Of a stretch of DNA of 64,000 nt, positions 39,061 to 49,173 are shown piece after piece (the first letter of the stretch is position 1; each line of letters starts with the position of its first letter). Position numbers and translations under genes: made by a program. Under the pieces are notes generated by a model that did no database searches, had not been told where the DNA came from, and saw nothing but the letters and a program-made list of their open reading frames with translations. The stretch is from a virus. The stretch covers positions 6,859-70,858 of IMG/VR virus record IMGVR_UViG_3300036781_000280; one strand, written 5' to 3'.

Positions 39061-42000
39061 ATGATATTCGATTCACTGAATACGGCTGACTGCGTGGTGC
39101 CGCAGGCGATCATCAATGGTGGGCCTTCCAGCAACATACCGGACGCGCGATGTGCTGATTCCGCGTTTGCTGCGGCAAACCCAAAAATCTGCGGATCATC
39201 CTACCTGATAATCAAGCCTTCGAGCGCATTGATCATGCGTTTGGCCTCGATGTCTTTTACTGTTTATGAGTACGCAAATGGTGTGGAATCTCAGGTGATT
39301 GACGGTCTGATTTTTACGAGTTCGATGCCTGACATATTCCTGATCGGAGCCTCCAGCGGATCGGGCACCGGGCTGGCCAAGGGCACATCTACAATTACAG
39401 TCACTCGAAACGGAATGTCGGCGTCCGCTTCAATCACGGTTCTTGATTCAACCATCGGATGCAGCGAAACTTCTGTAAAGAGCCTCATCTTGATTGATAC
39501 TTCAAGATCGAGCAGCCTTGCCTTTGGCGGCGCATATAACACCCGGCTCGATTTCGCAAAAGCTGCGGCTGAGTTCTGGACGAACAGCATCATACTTGTC
39601 GGAGGTCAGCCCAAGGATTTTTCAAAAGTTCAATCTTTCTCAGAAATCGCCGCTGATGTCACTGCGGACTATATTGGCGACTCGGCCATGCTGGCAACGG
39701 ACATCAATGGAGTTCAGCAGTTGCTGAGCAAGACTGATATTGTCGATGCGCTCAATGCGGCAATCATTGACATCTCGACCGAGACGGCAGACGAGAAAAT
39801 AATCGTACTGATCAGCGATGGCGAACAAACCACGGGTGTAGATACGCAGCCCGCCTTAAATGCCGCCGCCGCCTTCAGGGCCGCTGGTGGCATCATTGTG
39901 GCAATTGGACTGCGGGCATCGGGGTCAGGCTTTGACCTGATGGAGCGGCTTGCCAGCGGTGGGTTTTTTCTGAACGCCACGGTCGCCACAGCGCAAGATG
40001 TGCTCAATGGAATCAGCTTCATCAGGACGGCAACCTGCACCGGAATATGCGCCGATAAGGGCGATAAATTCGAAAACCGAGGCCAGCTTGATTACTCCAG
40101 CTTTTTAAATTGGGAGGTAATTGCGGGAAGCGTTGATCTGATTGGAAATGGGTTCTGCGATTTTCTTCCCGGAAACGGTCTCTACGTTGACATGGTTGGA
40201 TCGTCTCCATATCCCCAAACAAACGACGGATCAACCACTCCATTTGGGGCAACGATCAGGACTATCGACAGATTTAATATCGCAGCCGGAGCTGATTACA
40301 CCATTTCATTCAATGCGGCGGGGAATAACCGCCAGTCTCCAGCCGCTGGAATTCAGTCGGTTAAAGTATTTCTGCGTGACCCCAACGCGCCGGATTCCGA
40401 TCCGAACATTTTCGAGCATATTGTGGCCCCGTCATGGAATTCAGGATTCCAGAAATACTCATTTACATTCAAGTCGCCAATATCTGCGAATGCGAAGATT
40501 TACTTCCAGCAAATTTTAGCCGTTGGGCGGTGTGGAAATCTTCTGGATGACATCAGGCTTTCAGATTCAAGCAAGGCCACCTTGTTGGGCGATAATTTTG
40601 ACTCGGAGAATCCGGTGTACGTTCCGCCGAATTGCGGAGTTGGAGCCACTTACGTCCAAGTGGGGCATACTTCAACGTACATGATCGGCTACAACTGCTA
40701 CACTGAATGTGATCCAGAAATTCCGCTAACTCAGTCTCAAGACCCAAGTCCGCTGCCGGATATTGAAACTGGAACGGCTGACCCGCAGCTTTACACCAGC
40801 ACCAAGAGCTTTTGCGCCTCATGCTTGGATGGAAACATTAATCTTCCGAACGCTGGATTGATCCCCAAGATGACATCTGATACTGCGCCTTCAGGGGTTG
40901 CTTTTGCCAGCAGCGTCGTCAACTTTATTTCCGAATGGTGGGCGTTTGACCAGATTCTATCGACCGTATGGAATACGTTGAGCGGCTTACCGCAGTGGAT
41001 CGGCTATCAGTTCCCATCGCCACAGAAGGTCTCGTCTTACTCAATCACCTCAGCCAAGGCTTTGTCTGAAACAAGCCCGGTTGGATACACCACCGCAAGC
41101 CCAACCGCATTTACGTTCGAAGGCTCAAATGACGGATCGGCATGGACAGTCCTTGATTCAGAATCGGGTCTCATTTGGGGCATAAACGAAACGAAAGTTT
41201 TCGTGGTCGCAAATCCTCAGTCATTCACTTATTACCGGGTTAATGTTTCAGCCGCCACCTCCGCCCAGTTGACGGCTTCAATAGCCGCCGTCCAAATGTT
41301 TGACGCGGCGGTGAATCAGGTATGCAAGCAGGCCACGGCCACAAGCTACACCAGCCAGCAGGATGCTGATTCAAAGGCGTTGAGCGCGGCGACCATAGCG
41401 GCGCACGCCGCATTGAACTGCACCCAAAGCTATACCTCGACGCAGAGCTATACGGCAGTTTGTCCGTTAGGAAACGGCACTCCCGTAACAAAGACATCAA
41501 CGCAGATAAGTCTGGTCTCGCAAGCGGCGGCGGATGCGGCGGCTACGGCTCAGGCAAAGTCGGATGCGATGGCGGCTATCGACTGCACGGGATCGAATAA
41601 CGGCCAGCAGATAACGATCAACGATTTTGCGGCGGCAACACCGTATCCGAGCGCCAAGTTCGTGTCCGGGTTTGTCGGGAACATATCCAAGGTCACGGTG
41701 GCGATCAAGGGGTTCAAGCATTCGTATCCAAATGATGTCTCAATGCTTCTGGTCAGCCCCAACGGTACGATTGTGAACATCATGCGAAACTGCGGTGGCC
41801 AAGTTCTTGTGAGCGGCGTGAACATTGTTTTCGATGATGCTGCCGGTGGCACAATTAACAACGCCACGGTCGCCAGCGAAACCTATAAGCCAACCCAGAT
41901 TGGCGGCTTCAACACATTTCCGCAGCCCTGCCCTTCAGGCACCCCAAATACGACTCTGGCGGCTTTTATCGGACAACCGGCAAACGGAATCTGGGCGCTC

Positions 42001-42069
42001 TGGGTTCAGGATACCAAGCAGCTTGATGTCGGACTGATCGCACAGGGCTGGGACTTGACAATCATCTAA
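39061..42069 (+). CDS. Multidomain adhesin-like virion protein (Ig-like, VWA, carbohydrate-binding, discoidin, DUF5977-like, P-domain)
   Basis: GTSTITVT Ig motif; LIDTSRS and LISDGE (MIDAS); GSVDLIG..YVDMVGS; PQWIGYQF..FEGSNDGSAWTVLD; HSYPNDVSMLLVSPNG..NGIWALWVQD. Confidence 0.8.
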   Translation: MIFDSLNTADCVVPQAIINGGPSSNIPDARCADSAFAAANPKICGSSYLIIKPSSALIMRLASMSFTVYEYANGVESQVIDGLIFTSSMPDIFLIGASSGSGTGLAKGTSTITVTRNGMSASASITVLDSTIGCSETSVKSLILIDTSRSSSLAFGGAYNTRLDFAKAAAEFWTNSIILVGGQPKDFSKVQSFSEIAADVTADYIGDSAMLATDINGVQQLLSKTDIVDALNAAIIDISTETADEKIIVLISDGEQTTGVDTQPALNAAAAFRAAGGIIVAIGLRASGSGFDLMERLASGGFFLNATVATAQDVLNGISFIRTATCTGICADKGDKFENRGQLDYSSFLNWEVIAGSVDLIGNGFCDFLPGNGLYVDMVGSSPYPQTNDGSTTPFGATIRTIDRFNIAAGADYTISFNAAGNNRQSPAAGIQSVKVFLRDPNAPDSDPNIFEHIVAPSWNSGFQKYSFTFKSPISANAKIYFQQILAVGRCGNLLDDIRLSDSSKATLLGDNFDSENPVYVPPNCGVGATYVQVGHTSTYMIGYNCYTECDPEIPLTQSQDPSPLPDIETGTADPQLYTSTKSFCASCLDGNINLPNAGLIPKMTSDTAPSGVAFASSVVNFISEWWAFDQILSTVWNTLSGLPQWIGYQFPSPQKVSSYSITSAKALSETSPVGYTTASPTAFTFEGSNDGSAWTVLDSESGLIWGINETKVFVVANPQSFTYYRVNVSAATSAQLTASIAAVQMFDAAVNQVCKQATATSYTSQQDADSKALSAATIAAHAALNCTQSYTSTQSYTAVCPLGNGTPVTKTSTQISLVSQAAADAAATAQAKSDAMAAIDCTGSNNGQQITINDFAAATPYPSAKFVSGFVGNISKVTVAIKGFKHSYPNDVSMLLVSPNGTIVNIMRNCGGQVLVSGVNIVFDDAAGGTINNATVASETYKPTQIGGFNTFPQPCPSGTPNTTLAAFIGQPANGIWALWVQDTKQLDVGLIAQGWDLTII

Positions 42070-42070
42070 G

Positions 42071-43900
42071 ATGCCCGACAAATACAAGACCGTTCCAATG
42101 ACGCCGCTGACCGGCATCTTTGACGCGCGCACGTCAGTCGATCAGGAGCCTGCCGGGGCATTCGCTTGGAAGCAGAACTTTGAAATCAGCCCGGATGGAA
42201 AACTGCGCCAGTGCGGCGGATTTCAAAAACCTTTCGGCCAGTTCAAAACCGTCAAGACGAGCCAGAATGATCCCGGAACACCGTGCCCTTACACCAATGC
42301 TGACTGGCACAATCAGGGCGTCGATGCCAAATCGCGTGAGCCGGTCACGCTGCTTTTTCCATCAACCTCAAATGCTCAGGTGCGGACACTTTTTGCCGGA
42401 ACCAAGACCAAGTTCATCCGGCTAAATGAGGCCAGCGGGCAGTGGACGGTGATCGGCAGCGGATTTGCAGCAGACGGATCGCTGATCTTGACCTCCATTC
42501 GCTGGAAAGCCGCCGAACTTCAGGACAAAATTTTCCTCACCAATGGATTTGATAAAATCCAATATCACGACATATCAACGGACGTGATGCAGCCGGTTTC
42601 GAGCTTGGATACCGCTGGCACAGGTGGCGCAGCCATCAGCAAGGCGATGGTGATTGTTCAGTATCAAGGCGTCATCATGCTGATGAACATGAACGAGGGT
42701 GCCGTTCACTTTGGGAGCCGAATCCGGTGGTCTGACCTGAACGACGGGACGAATTTCGTCGTATCAGATAGCAGCATATCTGATTACCAAGACCTTGACT
42801 ACGGTGAGCAAATCTTAAATGCCGTGGAGATGTCTGGATCGCTCTATGTGTTCACTGACCGGGCCATCTGGCGATGCAATTTCGCCATCGACGCAACCAG
42901 CAATCAGGCAAGCCTGATTTGCAACCGGTTTTACAGTGAGCCGCGCAACAAGTCGAAATGCTTGGCGTTCCCGAACACGCTGGTAAGCACCGGGCTTGAT
43001 CTGTATTACGCCGGAGGCGATGCCATCTACCACTATAATCCATATCTTGCCGAGCCTGAGCGCATCGAGTGGATTTACCGGTCATCGCCAATGATCTTCG
43101 ATGACGGAAACATCCAGATCGACCGGGAGGCGTGCCAAGCCCCGGTTGCGGACTATTGGCCAGATCGAAATGAAATCCACTTCTCATGGCCCATCGTTGA
43201 CGCCAGCCCCACCAGCTCGCTGGTGCCATCCTGCAACTCGCCCGCCAACAAGGCGGTCAGTTCCGGCATAAACCGGTTTACGCTGGTGATCAACGTAAAA
43301 TATCTCACCTGTGACTTTCGAGATTACGGCATGTCGGCGTATGCGAATTACAGGTCAGACCTGCACTCGATTGGCGACTGCAACCAGTCGGTTATTTTCC
43401 TTGGGGCGCATGGCACCGACTATTGCCTGAAGCAGCACGGTGCCGGATACGCGCGCGAGATTTACGATCCGGTGAATGATCGGTTTGTAACCACCGGATA
43501 CAATCCCATCCTGCGCGGTATTTGCCCCTTTGGAAAGTTTGACGGCGACAAGATCATCAGCCGGTTTGTGATCGACGGATTGGCCGATGGCGACAATGGC
43601 ACCGTGTTCGCCCTGCGAATCGGAAGCTCTTTCACGCTGATGAATCCCAACGAGACAATTGCCGGATGCAGCGTTCTGTGGAAAAACTTGTCCAACAAGC
43701 CGATCAAATGCCTGATGGCCAAGCCCGCCAGCACTTATGCCTCAACCAACGTGCGGCCAAGCACGAATACGCATTGGAATTTCTACTATCGTGGGCGATA
43801 CCTGTATTACGAAATTACCATCCAAAACAGCGATGGAACGCCCGCCAGTGCCGGTGGCGTAATGCTGTCACGCTTTGAAGTCCTCGCCATAGCCGCATGA
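42071..43900 (+). CDS. Putative tail nozzle/stabilisation protein (P22 gp10/T7 gp12-like beta-propeller)
   Basis: PLTGIF..NF start, IFLTNGFD, RIRWSDLND, LYVFTDRAIW, RGRYLYYEI end. Confidence 0.7.
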   Translation: MPDKYKTVPMTPLTGIFDARTSVDQEPAGAFAWKQNFEISPDGKLRQCGGFQKPFGQFKTVKTSQNDPGTPCPYTNADWHNQGVDAKSREPVTLLFPSTSNAQVRTLFAGTKTKFIRLNEASGQWTVIGSGFAADGSLILTSIRWKAAELQDKIFLTNGFDKIQYHDISTDVMQPVSSLDTAGTGGAAISKAMVIVQYQGVIMLMNMNEGAVHFGSRIRWSDLNDGTNFVVSDSSISDYQDLDYGEQILNAVEMSGSLYVFTDRAIWRCNFAIDATSNQASLICNRFYSEPRNKSKCLAFPNTLVSTGLDLYYAGGDAIYHYNPYLAEPERIEWIYRSSPMIFDDGNIQIDREACQAPVADYWPDRNEIHFSWPIVDASPTSSLVPSCNSPANKAVSSGINRFTLVINVKYLTCDFRDYGMSAYANYRSDLHSIGDCNQSVIFLGAHGTDYCLKQHGAGYAREIYDPVNDRFVTTGYNPILRGICPFGKFDGDKIISRFVIDGLADGDNGTVFALRIGSSFTLMNPNETIAGCSVLWKNLSNKPIKCLMAKPASTYASTNVRPSTNTHWNFYYRGRYLYYEITIQNSDGTPASAGGVMLSRFEVLAIAA

Positions 43901-44271
43901 TCAAAAGGAACAAAACATTCGCCAGCGTGGTGCTGAAGTCCGCGCTTCACTCAATCAATCATCCGTCGAAAATATGGCCCGCGATCACCACGATCTGGCG
44001 GGCTTTTTTTTCGCGCCGGGGAGATGACGCCAGCCGGACGCTCTACATCCGCAGATGCCTGCGTTGCCGGTCATGCCCGGTTTTTCACAAGCCAACCCGA
44101 TCCTGCGGCGCGCCCGGAGCGGATCGGCCAGAGCTTGGCTGCTGGTGCTTTGTCTGGTACAAGAACAAGCTCAAATCCGCCCGCTGCTGGATGCGGGACA
44201 ACTGCGAATATCATGCAACCAAGGAATACTCATGGCCGACGAAACTGATGCGCCGAAAGTGGTCGAGTTAG
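43897..44271 (+). CDS. Cys-rich hypothetical protein
   Basis: RRCLRCRSCP..CG..GCWCF..K..C motif seen in small phage Zn-binding proteins. Confidence 0.6.
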   Translation: MIKRNKTFASVVLKSALHSINHPSKIWPAITTIWRAFFSRRGDDASRTLYIRRCLRCRSCPVFHKPTRSCGAPGADRPELGCWCFVWYKNKLKSARCWMRDNCEYHATKEYSWPTKLMRRKWSS

Positions 44272-44828
44272 AAATCCCCGGCCCGGTGTCGCGCGAGCCC
44301 AAGCGCGACTGGAGATTGCCGCCGCCAAATCTTCCATTTGGCCACCGGCTGCTCAACGAGATTGACCCGGAGCGAACCATGCTCTACCCGGATCAGCAGC
44401 GCAAAGTGCTGGCCATCGAAAACGAGGAGGCGTTGAAAGAAATGCTGTACGCCGACCTTGGCGACACGCTGACGCCCGACATCCAGACGGCTGAGCGCGT
44501 ATTTGGCAAGGTTCTGATGCGCGAACTTGAGATTCCAGCCCTGCTGATGACGTGGAAATTCTACACCCTTGCCCAGTGCATGTTGGCTGTGGACGATGGC
44601 CGCAAGTTGGCGACGGACAAGACACTTTCGGGGGCTGAACGAATCAAGGGATACCAAATCCAGATGGAGGCTGTGCGCGGTTTGATCCAGATGACCGACC
44701 GGATCACCAAGTTGGCCACTAAGCTGGGGGCTGTCAAATCTCAAGGCAAAAAAAAGAAGCCGATCAGGGAAGCCCGCGTGCTGCAACGTGCGCCAAGTTT
44801 GGCGCAGGAGGAAAGGATTCAGGTTTGA
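44232..44828 (+). CDS. Hypothetical helical protein
   Basis: ATG 44232 after AAGGA; basic C-terminus. Confidence 0.6.
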   Translation: MADETDAPKVVELEIPGPVSREPKRDWRLPPPNLPFGHRLLNEIDPERTMLYPDQQRKVLAIENEEALKEMLYADLGDTLTPDIQTAERVFGKVLMRELEIPALLMTWKFYTLAQCMLAVDDGRKLATDKTLSGAERIKGYQIQMEAVRGLIQMTDRITKLATKLGAVKSQGKKKKPIREARVLQRAPSLAQEERIQV

Positions 44829-44864
44829 CTTGTTAAAATTGCCGTTTAACCCTAATGTTTTTAT

Positions 44865-45206
44865 ATGCCTCTTGATCCTCAAGGTAATTATTACGCGGCG
44901 CTCCCAGATGAAGTCTGGGCACCGGCAGGTGGCACCCTTGGATCAATCGGATCAGGTTCCGGCGCGCCAACCGGCAGCACTTCGATCACAACGATCTACA
45001 TTGACACCTCGACAACCCCCGGAACGATTTATACCTACTCAAATGGGGCATGGTCGGCAAGCGGTGGGGGTGGCGCGCAGCTTTTGACCTACACCTCTGG
45101 TAGTCCGGCAACGCCGCCTGATCCGACAAAACCGGCCTACGCTTACGACCCAAACGGGTTTTTGCCCGGCCTTGGATGGCGCGTCTCAGATCAGACTTGG
45201 AACTAA
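44865..45206 (+). CDS. G/S/T-rich tail-associated protein
   Basis: GSGAPTG..IYIDT..IYTY..GAW fibre-like motif; promoter TTGTTA-17bp-TAATGT-6bp-ATG. Confidence 0.6.
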   Translation: MPLDPQGNYYAALPDEVWAPAGGTLGSIGSGSGAPTGSTSITTIYIDTSTTPGTIYTYSNGAWSASGGGGAQLLTYTSGSPATPPDPTKPAYAYDPNGFLPGLGWRVSDQTWN

Positions 45207-45207
45207 C

Positions 45208-46224
45208 ATGAAAAATATACTCATCGCCTGCCTGCTCCTACTTTCCGTAAAAGTATTTTCCGCCAACCCAACGTCGGCTGGAACCAATACTTGGACTGGC
45301 AGAAATAATTTTATTTGGCCGCTGAGTGCTCCAAACATAGCCATGCTGGATAATAGCACGATAATGGTGGTTACTGGCACTGGCTCTAATGGCACTAATT
45401 ACGTTTCAGTAACCGCAACTCATTCTGATACTTTTTCTGGTTATTTTTACCTGACCAACGGGTCTTTTACAGACACGGTGGGAACGGTGAACACTGCTGG
45501 AAATTGGTGCTTGGTTGACCTCACTGGCTTATATGCGGCCCCTCCGGTCATAGCCGCAACCAACGGCCCAACGGTAACGGGAAACTATTCAAGCGTGGCT
45601 TTTGGACTTACAGGATGCAAGGTGACTTATGTGCGACTGATCGCACTTGATGCAGTTAATCTCTACAACTTTCACGGCTACAGCGAACTTGGCATGGGTG
45701 GTTATTTTGAATCGAAGGAAAACTTTGGTTTGATGGGCGTATCGGCTGACGGCATAGCCCTAAAGGCCGCTCAAAGAGGTTGGACGATGGATGTTCCTAA
45801 CGGTGTTCCAGCATTTAAGGTTTGGGCTGGTCACGGAGCGGGAGTCAATGGCAATCCAATGATTGCAACCGAAGATCAGTCAGGAGCACGTCCAATTTTA
45901 GTGTCCTACGATTACACCACAACCAACATAAGCCTACAAATGTCCGCAAGCGGCAATGTCACTTTGCGCGGGGTAAATGTTCCCGCCCTCTCGGTAAACA
46001 CCGTTGGGACGAATACGTTCACGATGCTGACGACGGGGTACACCAATCGCAACGCATTTGATGTGCGCGTATTTGCCCTTCAAGGAACGGGTATCACGTT
46101 CACAAATTTTACGAGTAAACAGGGGTTGTCGCTTGGCACCCTTTCAGTGGCCAATGATTTCTTGATGCTCCACACCAATGAGGCTGTGTTTGGAACTTCA
46201 TTAACCGGCAAAATCCTACAATAA
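45208..46224 (+). CDS. Tail-fibre-like T/N/G-rich protein with signal peptide
   Basis: MKNILIACLLLLSVKVFSA; NTWTGRNNF fibre motif. Confidence 0.6.
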   Translation: MKNILIACLLLLSVKVFSANPTSAGTNTWTGRNNFIWPLSAPNIAMLDNSTIMVVTGTGSNGTNYVSVTATHSDTFSGYFYLTNGSFTDTVGTVNTAGNWCLVDLTGLYAAPPVIAATNGPTVTGNYSSVAFGLTGCKVTYVRLIALDAVNLYNFHGYSELGMGGYFESKENFGLMGVSADGIALKAAQRGWTMDVPNGVPAFKVWAGHGAGVNGNPMIATEDQSGARPILVSYDYTTTNISLQMSASGNVTLRGVNVPALSVNTVGTNTFTMLTTGYTNRNAFDVRVFALQGTGITFTNFTSKQGLSLGTLSVANDFLMLHTNEAVFGTSLTGKILQ

Positions 46225-46225
46225 A

Positions 46226-47041
46226 ATGAAAAAACTCTTTCTGAAAATAGCATTGTTTTTAACGCTGCTGCACACTTCTGCCATGGGGCAGGACTTTGCG
46301 AAGATCGCCAAAAGCAGTCACTACTCGCCCGCCCGCGTCCAGTGGGCGCTCACCAACCTTGTCGCCAAGGCGGCGGTCGAAGCCAATCAAACCAATCTCG
46401 ACCTTGAGTTGGCGCAGATCGCCTTGCTGACTGCCAAGCAGGGGAACGCAAGCGCGGCGCTGGCAACCAACCAGCTCATCGTTTCGCAAGACCGCAAGAA
46501 CGTCAATCTACTCCGGCTTAAAAGCCTTTCGGGTGGCAAGGCGGCAGTTACCGCTCAACTGCAAACCATCCTAAGCGGCGGCACGACTGAAAATAAAAAA
46601 ATCGCTATTGGCATGGCCAAAGATATGTTCGGCGGAAAGGCGGCTACAAATTCAGCCTTTATTAAGGCTGCAACAAACATTCTGTCTCAGCCCGTTTCTG
46701 CAACCCACATTAAAAGCGCCGAAAAATTATTGTCAATCATTCGCAACGCGCATAATGTCGGCGCTTTATCTGACGCAGATTTTAGCCGGGTTCTTTCTTC
46801 AATCACTAATCAGGCCACGATCAACTTAAAAACAGCCCCATTTATAGCACGCACAAGGGGGCTGTTGCTGAGCACGAACGACCTGTCCGAGACCGCTGAC
46901 CCGGTTGAAAATGCAATTCGATTTAATGTCATTATGAGGAATAAGAAAAAGCCCCAGCTTGACTCTGTGTATGGCCAGATGCTTGCAAACAAAAAAGACC
47001 CGGACTCGGCAAACGCTTGGCTGCGGATTTCTCACCAATAA
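46226..47041 (+). CDS. Secreted helical hypothetical protein
   Basis: MKKLFLKIALFLTLLHTSAMG signal peptide. Confidence 0.65.
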   Translation: MKKLFLKIALFLTLLHTSAMGQDFAKIAKSSHYSPARVQWALTNLVAKAAVEANQTNLDLELAQIALLTAKQGNASAALATNQLIVSQDRKNVNLLRLKSLSGGKAAVTAQLQTILSGGTTENKKIAIGMAKDMFGGKAATNSAFIKAATNILSQPVSATHIKSAEKLLSIIRNAHNVGALSDADFSRVLSSITNQATINLKTAPFIARTRGLLLSTNDLSETADPVENAIRFNVIMRNKKKPQLDSVYGQMLANKKDPDSANAWLRISHQ

Positions 47042-47042
47042 A

Positions 47043-47528
47043 ATGCCACGCTATTTCACTGCCTTGTTGCCGGTACTAATCTGCGCCATGATAATTCAGG
47101 CGCGGGCTGATTTCACGCTCACATGGACGAATTGCCCCAACCACATGGCGGGCTCGCAAACGCTCATCTGGATCGGCAATGCAGCGCCATTGAATTACTC
47201 AAAGGCATGGATAGCCACAGGTGGCGCTTTTACGGTCAAATCGCCACTGCTGGCGAATGGCATAAACTATTTCGCGTGCCAGCAGGTCGCCACGAATGCG
47301 GATGGTACTGCCTGCGGAACGGCCATGAGCGGCGAGATTCAAGTGATGGTCAATCCCGCCGTTGCCGTGGACGTGGCGGTGATGGCGTCAACAAATCTTG
47401 GCCAAGGCTGGGCGGTTGCAGCCAGTCAGACGTATGTATTTCCCACCGGCCTCCAGCAGCAGCAGTTTTTTAAATCAATGCAGAGGGCGCGCGCAACTAA
47501 TGTCGTCGTTTTACCGCCAATGCCATAA
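47043..47528 (+). CDS. Secreted FnIII-like protein with STNL..W..FF C-terminal module
   Basis: Signal peptide ending ARA; FTLTW..Y..GINYFA..AT..S.EI; ASTNLGQGW..QQFFKS. Confidence 0.6.
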   Translation: MPRYFTALLPVLICAMIIQARADFTLTWTNCPNHMAGSQTLIWIGNAAPLNYSKAWIATGGAFTVKSPLLANGINYFACQQVATNADGTACGTAMSGEIQVMVNPAVAVDVAVMASTNLGQGWAVAASQTYVFPTGLQQQQFFKSMQRARATNVVVLPPMP

Positions 47529-47532
47529 TTTT

Positions 47533-47841
47533 ATGCCGCCAAAAAACGAAATTTCAAAGGTCGAAAAAATCAACCTTACGGCCACCATTGTCGGGCCGGT
47601 AGTCCTGCTCGTATTCATGGCATGGTGCGTCTGGAGCTTCAACGCCAGATTCACCATCGAAATGCAGACTGAGGACAAGAAGAACGCCGACGCCTACGTC
47701 AGCAAGGTGTGGTTTGAAAAGTCGCACGACGACATCAACAAACAGCTTTCGGACATTTCCGGCAGCGTAAACACCCTGACGACGACGGTGGCCGAGATGA
47801 AGGGTGAGCTTTCAGTTAAACAGTCACCAGCGGTGAAATAA
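47533..47841 (+). CDS. Single-TM coiled-coil membrane protein (possible lysis accessory)
   Basis: IVGPVVLLVFMAWCVW followed by heptads. Confidence 0.55.
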   Translation: MPPKNEISKVEKINLTATIVGPVVLLVFMAWCVWSFNARFTIEMQTEDKKNADAYVSKVWFEKSHDDINKQLSDISGSVNTLTTTVAEMKGELSVKQSPAVK

Positions 47842-47844
47842 TCC

Positions 47845-48174
47845 ATGCAAATCACCATTTTACTTTTGGTGGCTTTGACTGTAATGTCAAACCTGTTAAT
47901 CGTCAGTAAACTGAAATACATCCAAAGAAAGACCAAAAATATGTTGACCAAAACCGACCTCGACAACGCCATCGCCGCCCTTCCGGGCGCAATTACGTCC
48001 GCAGTTGAAGCCGCCATGCAGCCCGTGATCCAAGCGATCCAAGACAAGGCTGGGAGCATTGATTTCCAACCAGAAATCGACCAACTCAACGCCATTGGCG
48101 CGAATGTGGCCACCAAGATCGCCGCCGACCTGATGCCTGCGCCCGCCGCGCCTACGAATGCTCCCGCTGCTTGA
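47845..48174 (+). CDS. Membrane-anchored hypothetical protein
   Basis: Hydrophobic N-terminus, Ala-rich helical body. Confidence 0.55.
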   Translation: MQITILLLVALTVMSNLLIVSKLKYIQRKTKNMLTKTDLDNAIAALPGAITSAVEAAMQPVIQAIQDKAGSIDFQPEIDQLNAIGANVATKIAADLMPAPAAPTNAPAA

Positions 48175-48410
48175 AAAAGCATTCCTTTCTCAAGGCTGTT
48201 GCCGACTACTGTTTCGACAAGCTTCCAACGTTGGTCGTTGCAGTGGTCGTCAGCCTTGGGGGAGCGATTTATCAGCACCACGATGGAAAGCGGCAAATCT
48301 GGCGGGAGGCCGGGCCGCACCTTCTCGATTCCCACAACGAAATCTACGCGAACGTGGACGCCATCACAGTTTTGTCCAACAGGCTGGTGGCATTGGAGCG
48401 GTCAAAGTAA
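48171..48410 (+). CDS. Single-TM hypothetical protein
   Basis: LVVAVVVSLGGAIY; TTG start overlapping the previous stop. Confidence 0.45.
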   Translation: MKKHSFLKAVADYCFDKLPTLVVAVVVSLGGAIYQHHDGKRQIWREAGPHLLDSHNEIYANVDAITVLSNRLVALERSK

Positions 48411-49082
48411 TTGATTGAAGTTATTTTTTGCCCATTCCCATTTTGAAATTTCCGGGCGCAAAGTGGGGCTGCAAATATACAGCGCCTTTCTTGAGCCTAA
48501 TCTTTCTGATGGTATTACGAAGAAATCATTGGTTTTTGGAATGAACAAGATGAGAAAATCGAAATTTTCTTTTTTGTTCAAAAGGCTAAATCTCCACAAA
48601 TCAGAAACATGCTTATCGCTTGGCGCATGACGTGGAATCAGGGAAGTTTTTACTTCTATCCTAATAGGCGAGTCAATTAGTAAAATATCGAATTTGCTGT
48701 TTATCGGCATAAGTTTATTTTTTATGCCCAAAGACGTTAATTTCTCAGATACAACTCTTTCTCCGTCCTGACCTTTTTTTGAGGGGCAAGTATTTGATTC
48801 AAATGCGTGATGATTTTTCCTTAAAAATGAAACCCATGACTTTTTTGTGAACCTCGTACCTTTATATCCATTAACTTTAAGATCGCTGAATTGATCGCCT
48901 TCGAGCTTTGAAAGCATCAGGTCGGTTCTTCTCGATAAGAAGTCGCTTCCCGTATTCCCAATAATTTGCCTAACCCTTTCGTATGTAATTCCATATAAAA
49001 CGCCAATTTCTCTCAAATACATTCCGGTATTTCTAAGTTCAATCATTTTTTGCCTTCTAAAATCATGTGCCTCGCTATTCAT
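48402..49082 (-). CDS. HTH + PD-(D/E)XK endonuclease (free-standing homing-type)
   Basis: LREIGVLYGITYERVRQI (sigma region 4-like HTH); GE..V, FDIL..RIEVKTS, FDFLIL..FFVIP; AT-rich, antisense to the late operon. Confidence 0.78.
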   Translation of the reverse strand: MNSEAHDFRRQKMIELRNTGMYLREIGVLYGITYERVRQIIGNTGSDFLSRRTDLMLSKLEGDQFSDLKVNGYKGTRFTKKSWVSFLRKNHHAFESNTCPSKKGQDGERVVSEKLTSLGIKNKLMPINSKFDILLIDSPIRIEVKTSLIPRHAPSDKHVSDLWRFSLLNKKENFDFLILFIPKTNDFFVIPSERLGSRKALYICSPTLRPEISKWEWAKNNFNQLL

Positions 49083-49173
49083 AATATAACTACACTAGCT
49101 TTTAGCTTGAAGCCAATCAAGTTCATTTAGTCAATGCTTGACCTCTTTATTTATTTGCGCCATTGTCAATGGC

